From positions 12,664,359 through 12,728,358 of the forward strand of contig OZ316893.1 in assembly GCA_973895155.1 (NCBI GenBank): a DNA stretch of 64,000 nt. Direction: 5' to 3'. Shown one piece after another: positions 12,991 through 24,858 of this stretch. The DNA comes from Marsupella aquatica (lineage: Eukaryota; Plantae; Marchantiophyta). Numbering within the stretch: position 1 is the stretch's first letter; the number at the start of each line of letters is the position of its first letter. The notes below the pieces were generated by a model, which saw only the letters and a program-made list of their open reading frames with translations, was not told the DNA's origin and did not search any database. Made by a program: the position numbers and the translations under genes.

Positions 12991-14838
12991 TCATGTGTGA
13001 CTAGTTCTATTTCTGATAGTCTGGAGTGTTTGGTCCAAGGTATTCAAAGCCCATGACCTTTCTTCTGGCAAATCATTGAAATTTAGTTGTTGATGTACAT
13101 AGGCTGTCAACCCCATAGTTGCACGAGAACTACTTTCACATTCAAGAGAAAGCAGCAAATGCATTCTGAACTTGTCCTCCTTCGATAAGACTCCAATCTG
13201 ATTAGTTTCATATGCAAAATCACGGATATCACGAAGACTCTGCACCAAAAAAAAAGAATTTGGTGAATTGGAAATTAATGAAAAGAATATGCAACCAAAT
13301 AAAATACATTTTTCTTCACTTACCTCATCGTCTAAATCTTTAACACCATGTTCAAAGTTTCCATGATCATCATTATGATTCCAATAATCAGTGCCAATAG
13401 TCTCGATAATATCATCTGCATCTTGAATATCAACTTGACCTTCTTCAGGATATGGTGGAGGTAAAACTATTTTAGATTCTCTCTCTCTTGCTTGAAAAGC
13501 AAGTTGAGGAATGTGTGATGGCCTGTTCACACCTCGTTCTCGCACCGCTCTCACTGTATGGGCATTCCATGTTAGAATGATATCATTTACAGCATTCTGA
13601 ATGAATGGAAGAAGTACAGTAACAATGGAGTATCTATGCAAGGGATTATCCATTTGCAAAAATCCTTCCTCGTATGATAGAGTACGAAATAAGTCCTTAT
13701 AATGACCCAATCCTTGTTTTTTCAAGAATCCCCAAAATGCTTCGATCCTCTGTAAAAATCACAATGATTGTAAAAAATTAGTATGTTCCTTGAAATTCTT
13801 TTTCCTTTTATAAGTTAAAGCCACAAAAACCCTGTGGCAGAGGGGAAACAACCAGGCCATCAAAAAGCCAGCTAAACAACATGACCCCTGGGAGGGCTGG
13901 CATAAAGCATTAACAAGGTACACAGACAACAAATCAGCATCGCGGCCAATGCAACATTGGGCCCCCATAAGTCCCATAGGCAAAAACTTAGTATGTTAAT
14001 AAACATATCAAGCAAATAATTTTGATAACATATAGTTGAGTTTAAGTACTACCTGATTATGAACTGAAGACCCTTTGCAAAAACAATGAGTATTTGGTCT
14101 TGCCCTTTCAAGATTATTTTGGACCATAATATGCTCAGTTGCATAATCAGAACGAATTAATAAAGGATGACCAAATCTTTGAACCGCATTTTTATACCCT
14201 TCATAAATAGTCCGGGCTTTCTTATTTAATGCAACATGCATATACATAACATAATGTGTAGCTCCATCGATAGCTCCATGAATTCTAATTCCATAATTTG
14301 CTAATTTGTCATATGCTGCACAAGAAATTAAACAAAATTAGTACATAATTTCATGATCATGAACAAACTATCTGAATCATATATAGTCAAAAAATGATTG
14401 ATTCAATCTAAATAAAAGGATATAAATACTTGAATTTTACTCACAATCCATATGCCAAATATGCATTGCTTTGGTGACATCGTAAACATGATGTATTAGA
14501 CATCCGCGTGCTCTTGATGCAAGTAATCCTGGAACTAAAACATCCAAGGCATCACGTACAAGCATTCTTGGAACTTTGTATCCAACTCTTTGTAATCCAT
14601 ATATGGGAATAAACTCTAGAATCAATTGCCGAACCTCCTCAAGCGTATATGTTGGATACATTTTCTCTCCATTATTAAATACTTTCAACCATCGCCATAA
14701 AGTAATTCGATCTATTCCAAGTGCTAATGCACATTCCTTCATAGTGTAACCCATGTGAAGTGCTGCCATCACATCTTCACACATTGAATTGATGTTTGTT
14801 GCATCCATATATTTCCCAAATATTCTCCAAAACTCCAA
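12991..14838 (-). CDS. Spliced DDE transposase / integrase-core protein (IS3EU-like rve family) with N-terminal HTH
   Basis: Joining exons at GT-AG introns 14444-14316 and 14052-13750 gives WHMDSYDKLANYGIRIHGAIDGATHY...FGHPLLIRSDYATEH...GSSVHNQRIEAFW...WNAH, the D-D-E motifs of this family. HTH-like ECALALGIDRITLWRWL upstream. A third intron is likely at about 13240-13323. Confidence 0.8.
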
Positions 14839-15183
14839 TGAACTAATACTTTATTTTGCCAGTGTATAATTCCACCTTTTTTAGAACAATTAGAGAACTC
14901 TGTCAGAAAAACAAAGGTCACAAGACAAAAAACCAAGGCTAGTTAGAAAATGTACACTAAGTTGCCATTGCACATACAATAAAATAGGAATATTTTTAGC
15001 AAAAGATACCCTGGATTTACAAAGGATTTGAAAACTATGGAGGGCTCTTTGGTATATTCAATGCCACAATTTAAGCTCTTGAGAGCATCTATTACAAAAA
15101 TAAGCAAAGATACAAATGGGCAAACAAAATCAGTATATAATATTAAAAAAAATTCTGCTCATTATCATGACTATGAATCATGT

Positions 15184-16535
15184 TTATGCATTTTCATTTG
15201 AAAATGTGTAGGCACCACCTAGCTTCTCATTAATTGCAATCCCAACTACGTATACCGGTTCTATAGGGAAACATCTGTATGAGGTGGCGTGCATATCTTT
15301 TCCACGAAGAAAGAAAATATCCCCATCTAATATTGGAATCTTTATTCCATACTCAATAACAACTAGATGTCCACCTCGTTCCTCCATTGAGGGATTTGAT
15401 GCCATGAACATAGTGTATTTACTACAATCATGATCATTATGAACTATATTACAATAGTTCTTTGTAAGAAATAGAGGATATGCTGGTACAGCATGTTTCA
15501 CAACGTTGGGCTTGGAAAAGTGTTGAAGTAATTCTTTGCTTAGATCCATGAAAGGATCTTTGCAATCCAAAAATTCCCTCACTACCGGCCAAAAATAATC
15601 ACAAAATAGTAGGAAAATAATTTCAAATAAGATTCGATGGGAGCATTGCTCATGAATTAACTCCAATTGCAATGCGCTAATTGGAGTTGTATCAGCAATC
15701 TTTAACTTACCCCTGTAGTAACTCACAAAATGTGCTTTTTTTTCTTCTCTCCAATTCACAAGTGGCCCCACAGCTCGCATTGTTTCAATCAATGTTGATC
15801 TCTAATCAGCTCTACGAACAGTCCATTTATGATTGTAGGCATCAATTATTGAATGCCTTAGAAATGGTCGATCGCCCTCTGGAACAACTCCTTTCATTCG
15901 TCCCCCTATTATTTCATTGGTAGACCTATCTTTCCAAATTTCAATAGATGACAAGGGATCCATAACATAAAAGTTACTTGGTATCACCTTCCATACAATA
16001 TGTCGTTATGTTTTCGGTGGGCTAAATCCTCTCTCAATCAAGAAAGCATTTTTATGTTTCACAAGAAACTTAGGGCTTCTCTTCGCAAATGTCTTTACTG
16101 GGATTTTATATTCTTCAAATTTTTCAAAATGATCTGCCTTCCAATTTATATATAAAATTGGATCTTTACGAAACTTTCGGACCCTGGTGGCAATCTCATT
16201 CCCAAGCGAAGATAGATTGTACCGGAAAGTGATCAAGTGGACTATTGTTTTCCACTGATTGGCAATAAAATACTCAGACCAACAACCGGTTTCCCCAAGA
16301 AGTGAAAACCAGAATAAAATTTTGATAACTCTCCCTTCATTTTCCCATCGAAAAAGATGTGCACACCATATTCAAAGAGTAACCAATCACCGAGCAACCA
16401 TTTCAGTAAAAACTGAATATGCAATTTTCCCAACTAAGATGTAAGAGTGATGAGCTCACAGAAATAAATAGCAGCCTTAGGAAGAGGTTGGCTTTTGGTG
16501 ATGTCTGTTGGATTTTGATGATCATTAAATTGAAT
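15184..16535 (-). pseudogene. TET/JBP-like 2OG-Fe(II) dioxygenase, long exon with in-frame stops
   Basis: C-terminal DSBH signature VHND...GGHLVVIEYGIKIPILDGDIFFLRGKDMHAT (HxD...H). A single frame runs from an acceptor near 16535 to 15184 with 5 stops and no frameshift. A basic upstream exon is likely at about 16845-16939. Confidence 0.6.
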
Positions 16536-18096
16536 CTGCACAATAAGATTATTGATCAACATAAAGTGATAAGGAACTTTTACTAATTTAGTATAGTTTA
16601 CTAGTTAATCAATATTTTGCTTGACATCTTGGACCATAGTGATTTCAAATCGAATTCGAAGCATATCAACGCCAGGCACTGAGGATTCCAACAGAAATAA
16701 TCTGAAAGTTTCACCCCCCCCGGAATATCAATTCCTCTTGATTTTACTCACAAAACTATGGTCTCCAAAATATAGCAATATACTGATGATAATGAATATC
16801 TTATAATAGATTGTATACTATTGGCAACAAGGTAAGATTCTTACCATTTCATCAGATTTGGGAGAAGTTTGCCTTTTCTTTCCTCTTCTTTTATTTACTT
16901 TTGCATCATTGTTACTCAATTTTAAGCCTTTCATCGAATCTGCAATGAATGACAATCTATCCTGAATATCAAGTTTTTCATATAATTATTCAAACAAAAA
17001 ATAATACTAACCATTCGCATATCAATCACAGGTACTTATTTGACACATATAATTACTTTATATAGCCTAATCTTTAGGTATGTCTATTTGTTTGTATTAA
17101 CGTATTCCAAACTCCATCAACAAATACAAAATTGAAGTATGCAAATTGCATGCATGCAACAATAGATGAGGCAAAAAGAGAAATGGTCACCTCGTCACCA
17201 CAAATTAGCCAGTTTTCCAAATCCAAAGTTGTCTTCAAAATTGATATCTCTGCACATTCCAAAAAATATATCAAGCTTAAGGTCCCATTGGCCATAATAC
17301 AAAATCTAGTGGATCCAAGTTACTATGAGTCCTCCAAAATATTCTCAATAAAATTTAGAATTTTTCACTCATTTGTCCTTTCCTAATTTGATGGCCTATG
17401 GTTTTAGTCAAAGAGTCTATTGGATAAACTTTAGAGCCAAGAAATATGATCACGAACAGGGGTCAGCAAAGTGGGATCAATGGGATGGAGATGACAATAG
17501 AAGAACCATCTGTCAACTTCATGGGCACTATGATCATATATCTTTCGATCGCAAGCATATCCTTCTGCCTGACATTCCTTCAAACAGTAAAAATGCCACA
17601 TTGTGGGGCATCGAATGCAATGGACAATATCTGTCCAATTCAGGTCATCATGTTCACCACATGCCTTGCATGTATGTAACGGGCAGATAGGGGTGTGTGA
17701 TGGCAGACACACACCGCAAAAAAACCTTACACAAAATCTATCTGAACATTTTTGAACATATTGTGGAGAGTCAAGAGAACCCTCCAAATTCCCCAACTTT
17801 CCACATTGGGCACACTTTGCATGTTTATGTATGCAGTCTTTGCACTTCCACTTCCCATGTTGGCCAGAAGGTGGGGGAAGGCCGACTCCTGGACAATTAT
17901 TCTCTGCTGCATGCAGAGATTGTGCATTGAGATGAAAGTGCCTCAAGCATGGTCCATCACAAATGACTAACTCTCCACCATCGTCACAAATGGCACAACA
18001 ATGGGCTGTTTTTTGGTAGATTTGTTCGCGTGAAAACTTCAAAACATGTGGTCCAAACACAGCTGAATGTCTCACCTCGCCCTTATCTTTTCTACA

Positions 18097-19957
18097 ACAC
18101 AATTTTGGACCGAACGAGAACTATTTCCTCTAAACGAGAAGTGTATTTTCATTTTCTGCCGAATCTCGCGAAATCGGCAGTTTTTTTCATCAAAAACACA
18201 TTTTTGGGGAAATAATGTAATTCGTATCAGAGTTCGGATTGAAACAGCAAATTTAATAATGATCAAAACCAATGAAATTCATACTAACAAACATTCATAT
18301 TATCAAGGAACAATTAGATCCGAAAAAATTTCTCCTCAACCTCATATTCACGCTCTCCGAAGATATATGAAAAGTCTTATCTATAAATCCATATCCACGT
18401 TTCGAGCCAAGTGCGATAACTGTATCGGACTCCGGATTTGAGCCATGAAAGCTCTGACCCAATCTCAGTTTTCTCAGTTTTTGGATATTTACCAAAAATA
18501 TTTTACATCACAGTCGATAAGAATTACTGCACGGTTTGTCAAACTTACCTTGCAGTTACCTCCGCAATTGACCAGTTACCTCCGCAAGTGACCATAGTCA
18601 ACATGCCATTCTTTCAACATCAATGCGCAGTCCAATAAAATTATCGCGAAAACTACGGGCGACAAAAATACTAGTCGACAATACTAAGATCCTTCAGTTC
18701 ATTGGTTAAATTTCAAAATTCCTATCCATATGAAGAAAACTCTTCGCAATACCAACATCAGATAAATTTATCGCTTCAATTTCAAAATTGCAACTTCCAT
18801 ATGAAGGAACCACTTTTGCAATACCAACATCAGATAAATTTATCGCTTCAATTTCAAAATTGCAACTTCCATATGAAGGAACCACTTTTGCAATACTAAC
18901 ATCAGATAAATTTATCGCTTCAATTTCAAATTGCAACTTCCATATGAAGGAACCACTTTTGCAATACCAACATCAGATAAATTTATCGCTTCAATTTCAA
19001 AACTATATAATTTTGCCACGATGCACGTGTGAGAATGAAATTGGAAATCCAAGAAATATACCATTTTCTGTTATTTTGTCGTTTAGGGTGACAGCCAATC
19101 AAAAGTGGACACGTGGGCCAACCCCTCAACAGACACTATAAAAGGGCCACCGCCGATAAGTTTTTTGCACAGGAGGATGCGATAAGTTTATCGCACTCCG
19201 CATTCGAATTGAAAATATGACTTCCTAAGACACATAAGCCCTGAATTCAATCTTTCACAAAAATAACAACTCCGATAAATTTATCAGATTCTCAATTACT
19301 CCTCTTTCCATGAAAGGAATGAAGACTCCGATAAATTTATCGGAATGAAGGCAACACCTCTCTAAACACTGGATCAAATGATTGCAACAGAGGAATGCAG
19401 AATGCGATAAATTTATCGTAGTCCGCTCGAATCTGGACATTTTACACTAAATGACTAGTTAGTCTTACATGGAGAACTTGAACAGGAATGGTTGTTCCGA
19501 TAAATTTATCGGGTTTTCGGTAGAAAGAGTCGAATCGCTTGGGAGGAATGTAAGACTCGATGGGAGTTTGGTATTCGCTCTCAGTCAGGAGATATTTGCT
19601 CTGGCGAAAGCAAACGTTTTATGGGCAGCCCGCTCCTCTTTATATAGGAGACGCTCTAAACCATGGTTAATTTCCTCTTAACCATGGTTAAGTTTCCCCT
19701 TTACCTGGGTTAGTGCATGGTCGTTCCTGGATTACGCGGTTCGGACCAAGTTACTTGCAGTTCGGACTTTTTCACTAACGGAATGTAAAACCCGATGCAC
19801 GTATCGCTCCCTGCATTCCCGCGGCGATGCAATGGAGGAAAGTGGCATTTCGGAGAGTTTTTGCCAATTTTATCGGTCATTGCATTGCCTTAGAAAAAAA
19901 ACAGGATCGGGCTAAATGAGAACTCCGACACACTTCTCGGTCGGTCCAAAATCGTGT
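18097..19957. mobile_element. Non-autonomous TIR DNA transposon, 1.86 kb, superfamily unclear
   Basis: TIR ACAC(A/G)ATTTTGGACCGA(A/C)CGAGAA at both ends. TCTACA is duplicated at 18091-18096 and 19958-19963. Confidence 0.85.
18720..19002. repeat. About 72-bp tandem repeat, about 4 copies, each with the palindrome GATAAATTTATC
   Basis: CAATACCAACATCAGATAAATTTATCGCTTCAATTTCAAA at about 18747, 18819, 18891 and 18962. Confidence 0.9.
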
Positions 19958-20139
19958 TCTACATGGTTGTTTAGGACGAGCCATGCTTACACATTCATAA
20001 ACAAAATTAATTGTAAGAAATCATAAAAAATTAGGATAAACTCAGAACTAACAAATCATCAAAAATACACAATAATACTACTATTCAATGAGCTATTCAA
20101 GATTCATGTACAAATTAGTTGCATACTTCAATCTATATA

Positions 20140-20937
20140 ACAAGTCCAAGTACATGTTGTTCTCTTAGCCATGCAGGTCTCACACAAGATGCTGGTATGA
20201 TAAGAGTCGTGGCTGCCAAATGTCCCTTATTTGAACTACTCATAAACAAAATTAATATTCACTAAGGAAAGCAGGGTTTGAGAGATGGAACGCAAAATTT
20301 CTAGAGCCACATTCCCTTACCAGAATGGGACCAAACTTTGCTTGCACATACCCCAGGTAGTAGACAACGTGTTGGTGAAGTAAGAGCACCAACAAAGCTT
20401 TGGTTGAGAAATGAAAAATCGGAGCCTTTGTGGGGTACTCTTGCCTCCTAAGCAACCTCTGACTTCTCTCCCTTGCCACTATTCAAACCAGCTCTGACTT
20501 GCTAGATCTGCAACCAAGTCCAAGTGCATGTTTTCCTCTTAGCCAGGTCCCTAACAAGATGGTGGTTCATAAGAGTCGTAGCTGTCAAATGTCCCTACTT
20601 TGAAGTACTCAAAAACCTATCGTTCGTTAAGGGAAGGAACATTTAAGAGATGGAAGCAGAGGGCGTGGAATTTTTGGAGCCACATTCCCTGGGCTGAATG
20701 GCACCAAACTTGGCCAGCACGTACCTCAAGAAGTAGACAATGTCCTGGCAAAGTAACAGCATGAACGGAGATTTCAGTGAGAAAATGAAAAATTGGATGC
20801 TCCGAGGCGGTCCTCCTGCCTCCCAAGCCACCTTCGAATCCTCTCCCTTGCCACTACTTCGATCAGCTCGTACTTGCTAGACCTGCAAACAAGTCCAACT
20901 ACATTGTGTTCTATCAGCCACGTCCCTAACAAGATGA
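20140..20937 (-). repeat. About 375-bp satellite, left part (about 2 diverged copies)
   Basis: Reverse complement of the units at 36020-37404; truncated at the inversion breakpoint. Confidence 0.8.
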
Positions 20938-22946
20938 TCTACAGAATATGGATACCACATTTTGCTCACATTGCAGAACCTCTCTATGATCTTCTAAGGA
21001 AGAATGTGAGGTTTGTATGGAGTGCAGGCCATACAAAGGCTATGCAACAATTGAAAGAAGCTTTGACTAGCTCACCGGTGTTACGACCTCTGAAGTACAA
21101 TGGTATTGACCCAATAATTGTGACCATTGACTCAAGTCCTCATGCATCTGGATGGGCAGTTGGGCAAGATGAGGAAGGACAAAGGTTTGCCGCACGGTTT
21201 GGGGCAAAAATATTTACAGAAAGACAGAGGCATTATCCTCAAGTAAAACGAGAGTTGTGGGGTGCGAAGGTAGCACTTCGCCAAGAAAGAGACTATTTGA
21301 TAGGAGCAAATGTAATACTGGAGATAAATTGCCTACCCTTGTTGGGAATGATAGCCAATTGTGATACTCCAGATATTGCAATGCTTCGATGGATAGCATT
21401 CATCAGAATGTTTAACCCTGAGTTAAAGCACATTGCTGGGAGAGATAATCCAGTAGCGGATATGCTTTCCCGAGCTCGCTATAGGGACAAGGAGGACCAA
21501 GGAATGTGCCTTCATAGTACATATGGAGAAGATGAAGGGGAATTGTGGTTTGAAGAGGAAGCTTACTCTGGGGAATTGTTGCAGATAGGACGTTACCTTG
21601 CCACGTTGCAGAAAGATTCAACATGGAGTAAGCAAGATTTCAACAAAATTCGGAAGAAGTCTTACCAATTCATGGTAAGAGATGGATCCCTTTGGAAGCA
21701 TCCAAAGAAGAAGGGGCACATACTTCTAAGGGTCATTGGTAGAGATGAAGAGAAACACAAAATTTTACATGACTTACATGATTCCGACGTGGCAGGACAT
21801 AAGGGGCGAGAAGCTACTTATGAAAGGATTCGAAGACTATATTGGTGGCCAGGAATGTATGTAGATGTAAGCAAGTATGTGGAAACTTGCAAAGTGTGTC
21901 AACTCTACTCAAAGGTGAAGCATTGCGATGGACTAAAACCCACGTACTCTCTTTCCCTACACTACTAATGGGCTGTAGATGTGGTACACATGCCGAGAGG
22001 AGTAAGAGGAGCCAAGTACCTTGTCTTGGCTATTGAGGACCTCTCCTCTTACATTGAAGGAAGAGCCTTGACAACAAATAAGACCGAGGCAATATGCAGA
22101 TTTGTATTGTAGGACATCATTGCAAGGTATGGATGCTTTGATCGCATGAGGGCAGACAGAGGGGAGCTCAATGCAAAGGAAGCGGTTGCATTTTTCAGGA
22201 AGTTTAGGGTGAATCTCAAATTGACAACTGCTTACAATCCTGAAGGTAATGGCAAGAGTGAGAGGGGACACCAACCAATTGTGAATGCCTTGATTAAGGC
22301 ATGCAAGGGAAGAATCTCACTTTGGCCAAATTTCCTTCCCCTAGCACTCATGGCACACAGAACAACTTGCACATCGGTAACAGGATATGCACCTTCAGAG
22401 TTGATCAATGGTCAACTTCCACCCATGCCAATAGAAGAAGACATTAATAGTTGGAGGGCAATAGAGTGGGAGGATGGTGTATCTCAAGAGGATTTGATTC
22501 TTCGTCGCATAGAGCAGTTTGATCACACTCCTACAAAGATCCAAGGCGCCATTAAACAATTGAAGCAAAAGAGAATGGCTAACAAATCTCGCTTTGACAA
22601 GACCCATCGGTTGAGACCCAAGATAATCCAAGAAGAGGATTGGGTCTTAGTTTCTGAAGGCGGTCTCGGACAAAATCACTCCTCGATCAACAAATTTGCA
22701 CAACGTTGGAGAGGCCCATTTGTAGTAGTTACTATTCACCCAAATTCCACTTACACTCTCAGTGAATTGGATGGAGCAATTCATCGTGTGCCTTATGCAG
22801 GAAAAAGAGTGAAAATATTCAAAAGGCGAACACGTTTTTTAGAGGAAGATCCCATCGATTCAGACCAAGAAGAGGAAGAAGAGGAAGAAGAAGAAGAAGA
22901 AGATGAAGAACCTGAAAAGCAAGAGGAAGAAATATTCATTGAGTAA
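20938..22946 (+). pseudogene. Ty3/gypsy pol, 3' half (end of RT, RNase H, integrase)
   Basis: YRIWIPHFA; RNase H IDSS...KRELWG...NPVADMLSR; integrase zinc finger LHD..GHKG..CKVC; core RADRGEL..YNPEGNGKSER; RWRGPF. Internal stops at about 21966 and 22110. Confidence 0.92.
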
Positions 22947-22954
22947 AGTAAGAG

Positions 22955-23070
22955 ATTAGTAGGGGTGACGATTAAGTGTGGTACAGACTACAAGATGCAC
23001 AAAAATTAGTAGGGATGACTATTAAAGTGTGGTGCAGGCCGGAGGCTGCACAGGTTTAGTAGGGGTGATA
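22955..23070 (+). promoter_or_regulatory. Polypurine tract, three similar copies
   Basis: TTAGTAGGG(G/A)TGA at about 22956, 23006 and 23056; the last copy abuts the LTR-start TG. Confidence 0.7.
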
Positions 23071-23154
23071 TGTCGTGAGGATTCTTTGTTTAGTAAGTTC
23101 CTCCTAAGTATAGCTTAGTAGTATAGGATAGTAGTTTAAATTCTCGCGTATGCA

Positions 23155-23600
23155 GTCTATAGTGTGCATGCTACAGTGCACAACCTACAGTGTGCATGCT
23201 ATAGTACACGGTCTACAGTAGGCATGCTATATTGATTCGATCTACAGTGTGCATGCTACAGTGCAAGACCTACAGTGTGCATGCTATAGTGTACGATATA
23301 CAGTGTGCATGCTACAATGTACGATCTACAGTGTGCATGTTACAGTGTACGATCTACAGTATGCATGCTACAATGTACAATCTACAGTGTGCATGCTACA
23401 GTGTACGGTCTACAGTGTGCATGTTACAGTGTACGATCTACAGTATGCATGCTACAGTGTACGATCTACAGTGTGCATGCTACAGTGTACGATCTACAGT
23501 GTACGGTCTATAGTGTGCATATTACAGTGTACGATCTACAGTATACATGCTACAATGTACGATCTACAGTGTGTAAGCTACAGTGTACTGTCTACAGTTG
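23155..23600 (+). repeat. 28-bp (2x14) minisatellite inside the LTR
   Basis: TACAGTGTGCATGC / TACAGTGTACGATC units; mirrored at about 42385-42775. Confidence 0.95.
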
Positions 23601-24253
23601 CTCCACTCACATAACTACAGTACTAGCACACTTACTTGCCTTAGATGTGTGACACATGGCTTCCATCCGTGTGCCATGCTTGATCCGTGTGCTTGAGGTG
23701 TGAGCACTATAAATAAAGAGGAGAGGGGCTCTCTCCCCTCACTCCCCATTTTTCATCAACTAAGTTGTGAAGTCTTAAAAATCTATTGGACTTGATGATC
23801 TCTTCTATGGATATAACCCTTATGAAGTAGACCCACTCATGCACTCTTGCTTAGAGCTTCGGCTCGGCCAAGGATATTTTGTATGAGTCGGACCTTCAGA
23901 AAGTGTTGTCATTTGATAGGAGATGGTTATTAAGTTCTAAAGAGTTGGAAAGTGCTCAACAATGCCTTGACATCATATGCTCCCTTTTGGGTGAAATCCT
24001 TATGAAGTAGACCCACTCATGCACTCTTGCTTAGAGCTTCGGCTCGGCCAGAGATATTTTGTATGAGTTGGACCTTCAGATAGTATTTCATTCAAAAGAA
24101 GATCAACCTATTAAGACAAACATCTGCATGTATATACTTAGAGTTAACTCAATGCATGGTATTTGTTTGAAATGAATGATCTTTTCATTGAATGATTCTA
24201 TATCTTGTCATTAGAATGAAAATTAGTTGGATGGAATATTTGATAGTACGATA

Positions 24254-24671
24254 ATGCCCAGACCAGTACCTATTCTTCCTCTCTCTAATCCTTTCCTTAT
24301 TAGAATTCATGTACTCCAAAAAGAGATAATGCGTCAGCATATGACTTTTCACTTTGGAGAAGCATTTGCAACTGCGGTGTTAAATTCAATAGAGCCAATT
24401 GTATACCCTTATGTAGTTTACGGGTAGGATTGGGTTTGCACAATTTTTATCTTGTATTGAGATGGATCTCAACAAACCTCCATCCGATGAGCCTCCCGTT
24501 TCTTTCTCGTTGGGAGATATTTGTTTTGTAACTTGACCCAAGGTAGCTGCCAAGGAGGCAATAGTCCGTAGGTATGGAGAAAAGGGTTATGATGTTGTGC
24601 TTTCATCCACGGAACCGTTCCTTGTGGTGTCTGCTACCCAGTCTAGAATAGTAATCATGATCTTAACTTAA
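24254..24671 (+). pseudogene. Small ORF pair A and B inside the 3' LTR
   Basis: MPRPVPILPLSNPFLIRIH...ILY* followed by MDLNKPPSDEPPVSFSLGDI...IMILT*, each with one premature stop. Confidence 0.6.
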
Positions 24672-24858
24672 GTTCTCTCTTGACACTAGCAGCCATAGGC
24701 CCGGTGCTTCCTCAAGAACCACATTTTCCCCCCAGACACCGCTGTCTCCTCAAACAATCTACGTCATGCTTGAGTAGCTGGACTGGATCCAAGATAGACT
24801 TGTTCTCTCTTTTTGTCATGCCCATCTCCTCCGCGGCATCCTGGCATGCCTCTTCCAA

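Larger units (their letters stand above)
17431..19984 (-). pseudogene. Stand-alone EDM2-like PHD-finger cassette, interrupted by a TIR element
   Basis: CAICDDGGELVICDGPCLRHFH...CPLHTC...CIRCPTMWH...YCHLHPIDPTLLTPVRDH. Removing 18097-19957 and one TSD copy restores MARPKQPCRKDKGEV, matching the MARPK start of the paralog at 54521. Confidence 0.85.
23071..24738 (+). mobile_element. 3' LTR of the gypsy element
   Basis: TGTCGTG...CCAGACA, near-identical to the reverse complement of 41246-42857, followed by TSD CCGC. Confidence 0.95.

Noticed and set aside
18720-19002. CRISPR-like array with palindromic repeats
   Set aside because: The inter-repeat segments are also identical, so it is a plain tandem repeat. 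There are no cas genes and the context is eukaryotic.
23232-23652. Cys/Tyr-rich ORFs here and at 42288-42696
   Set aside because: They are translations of the 28-bp minisatellite.
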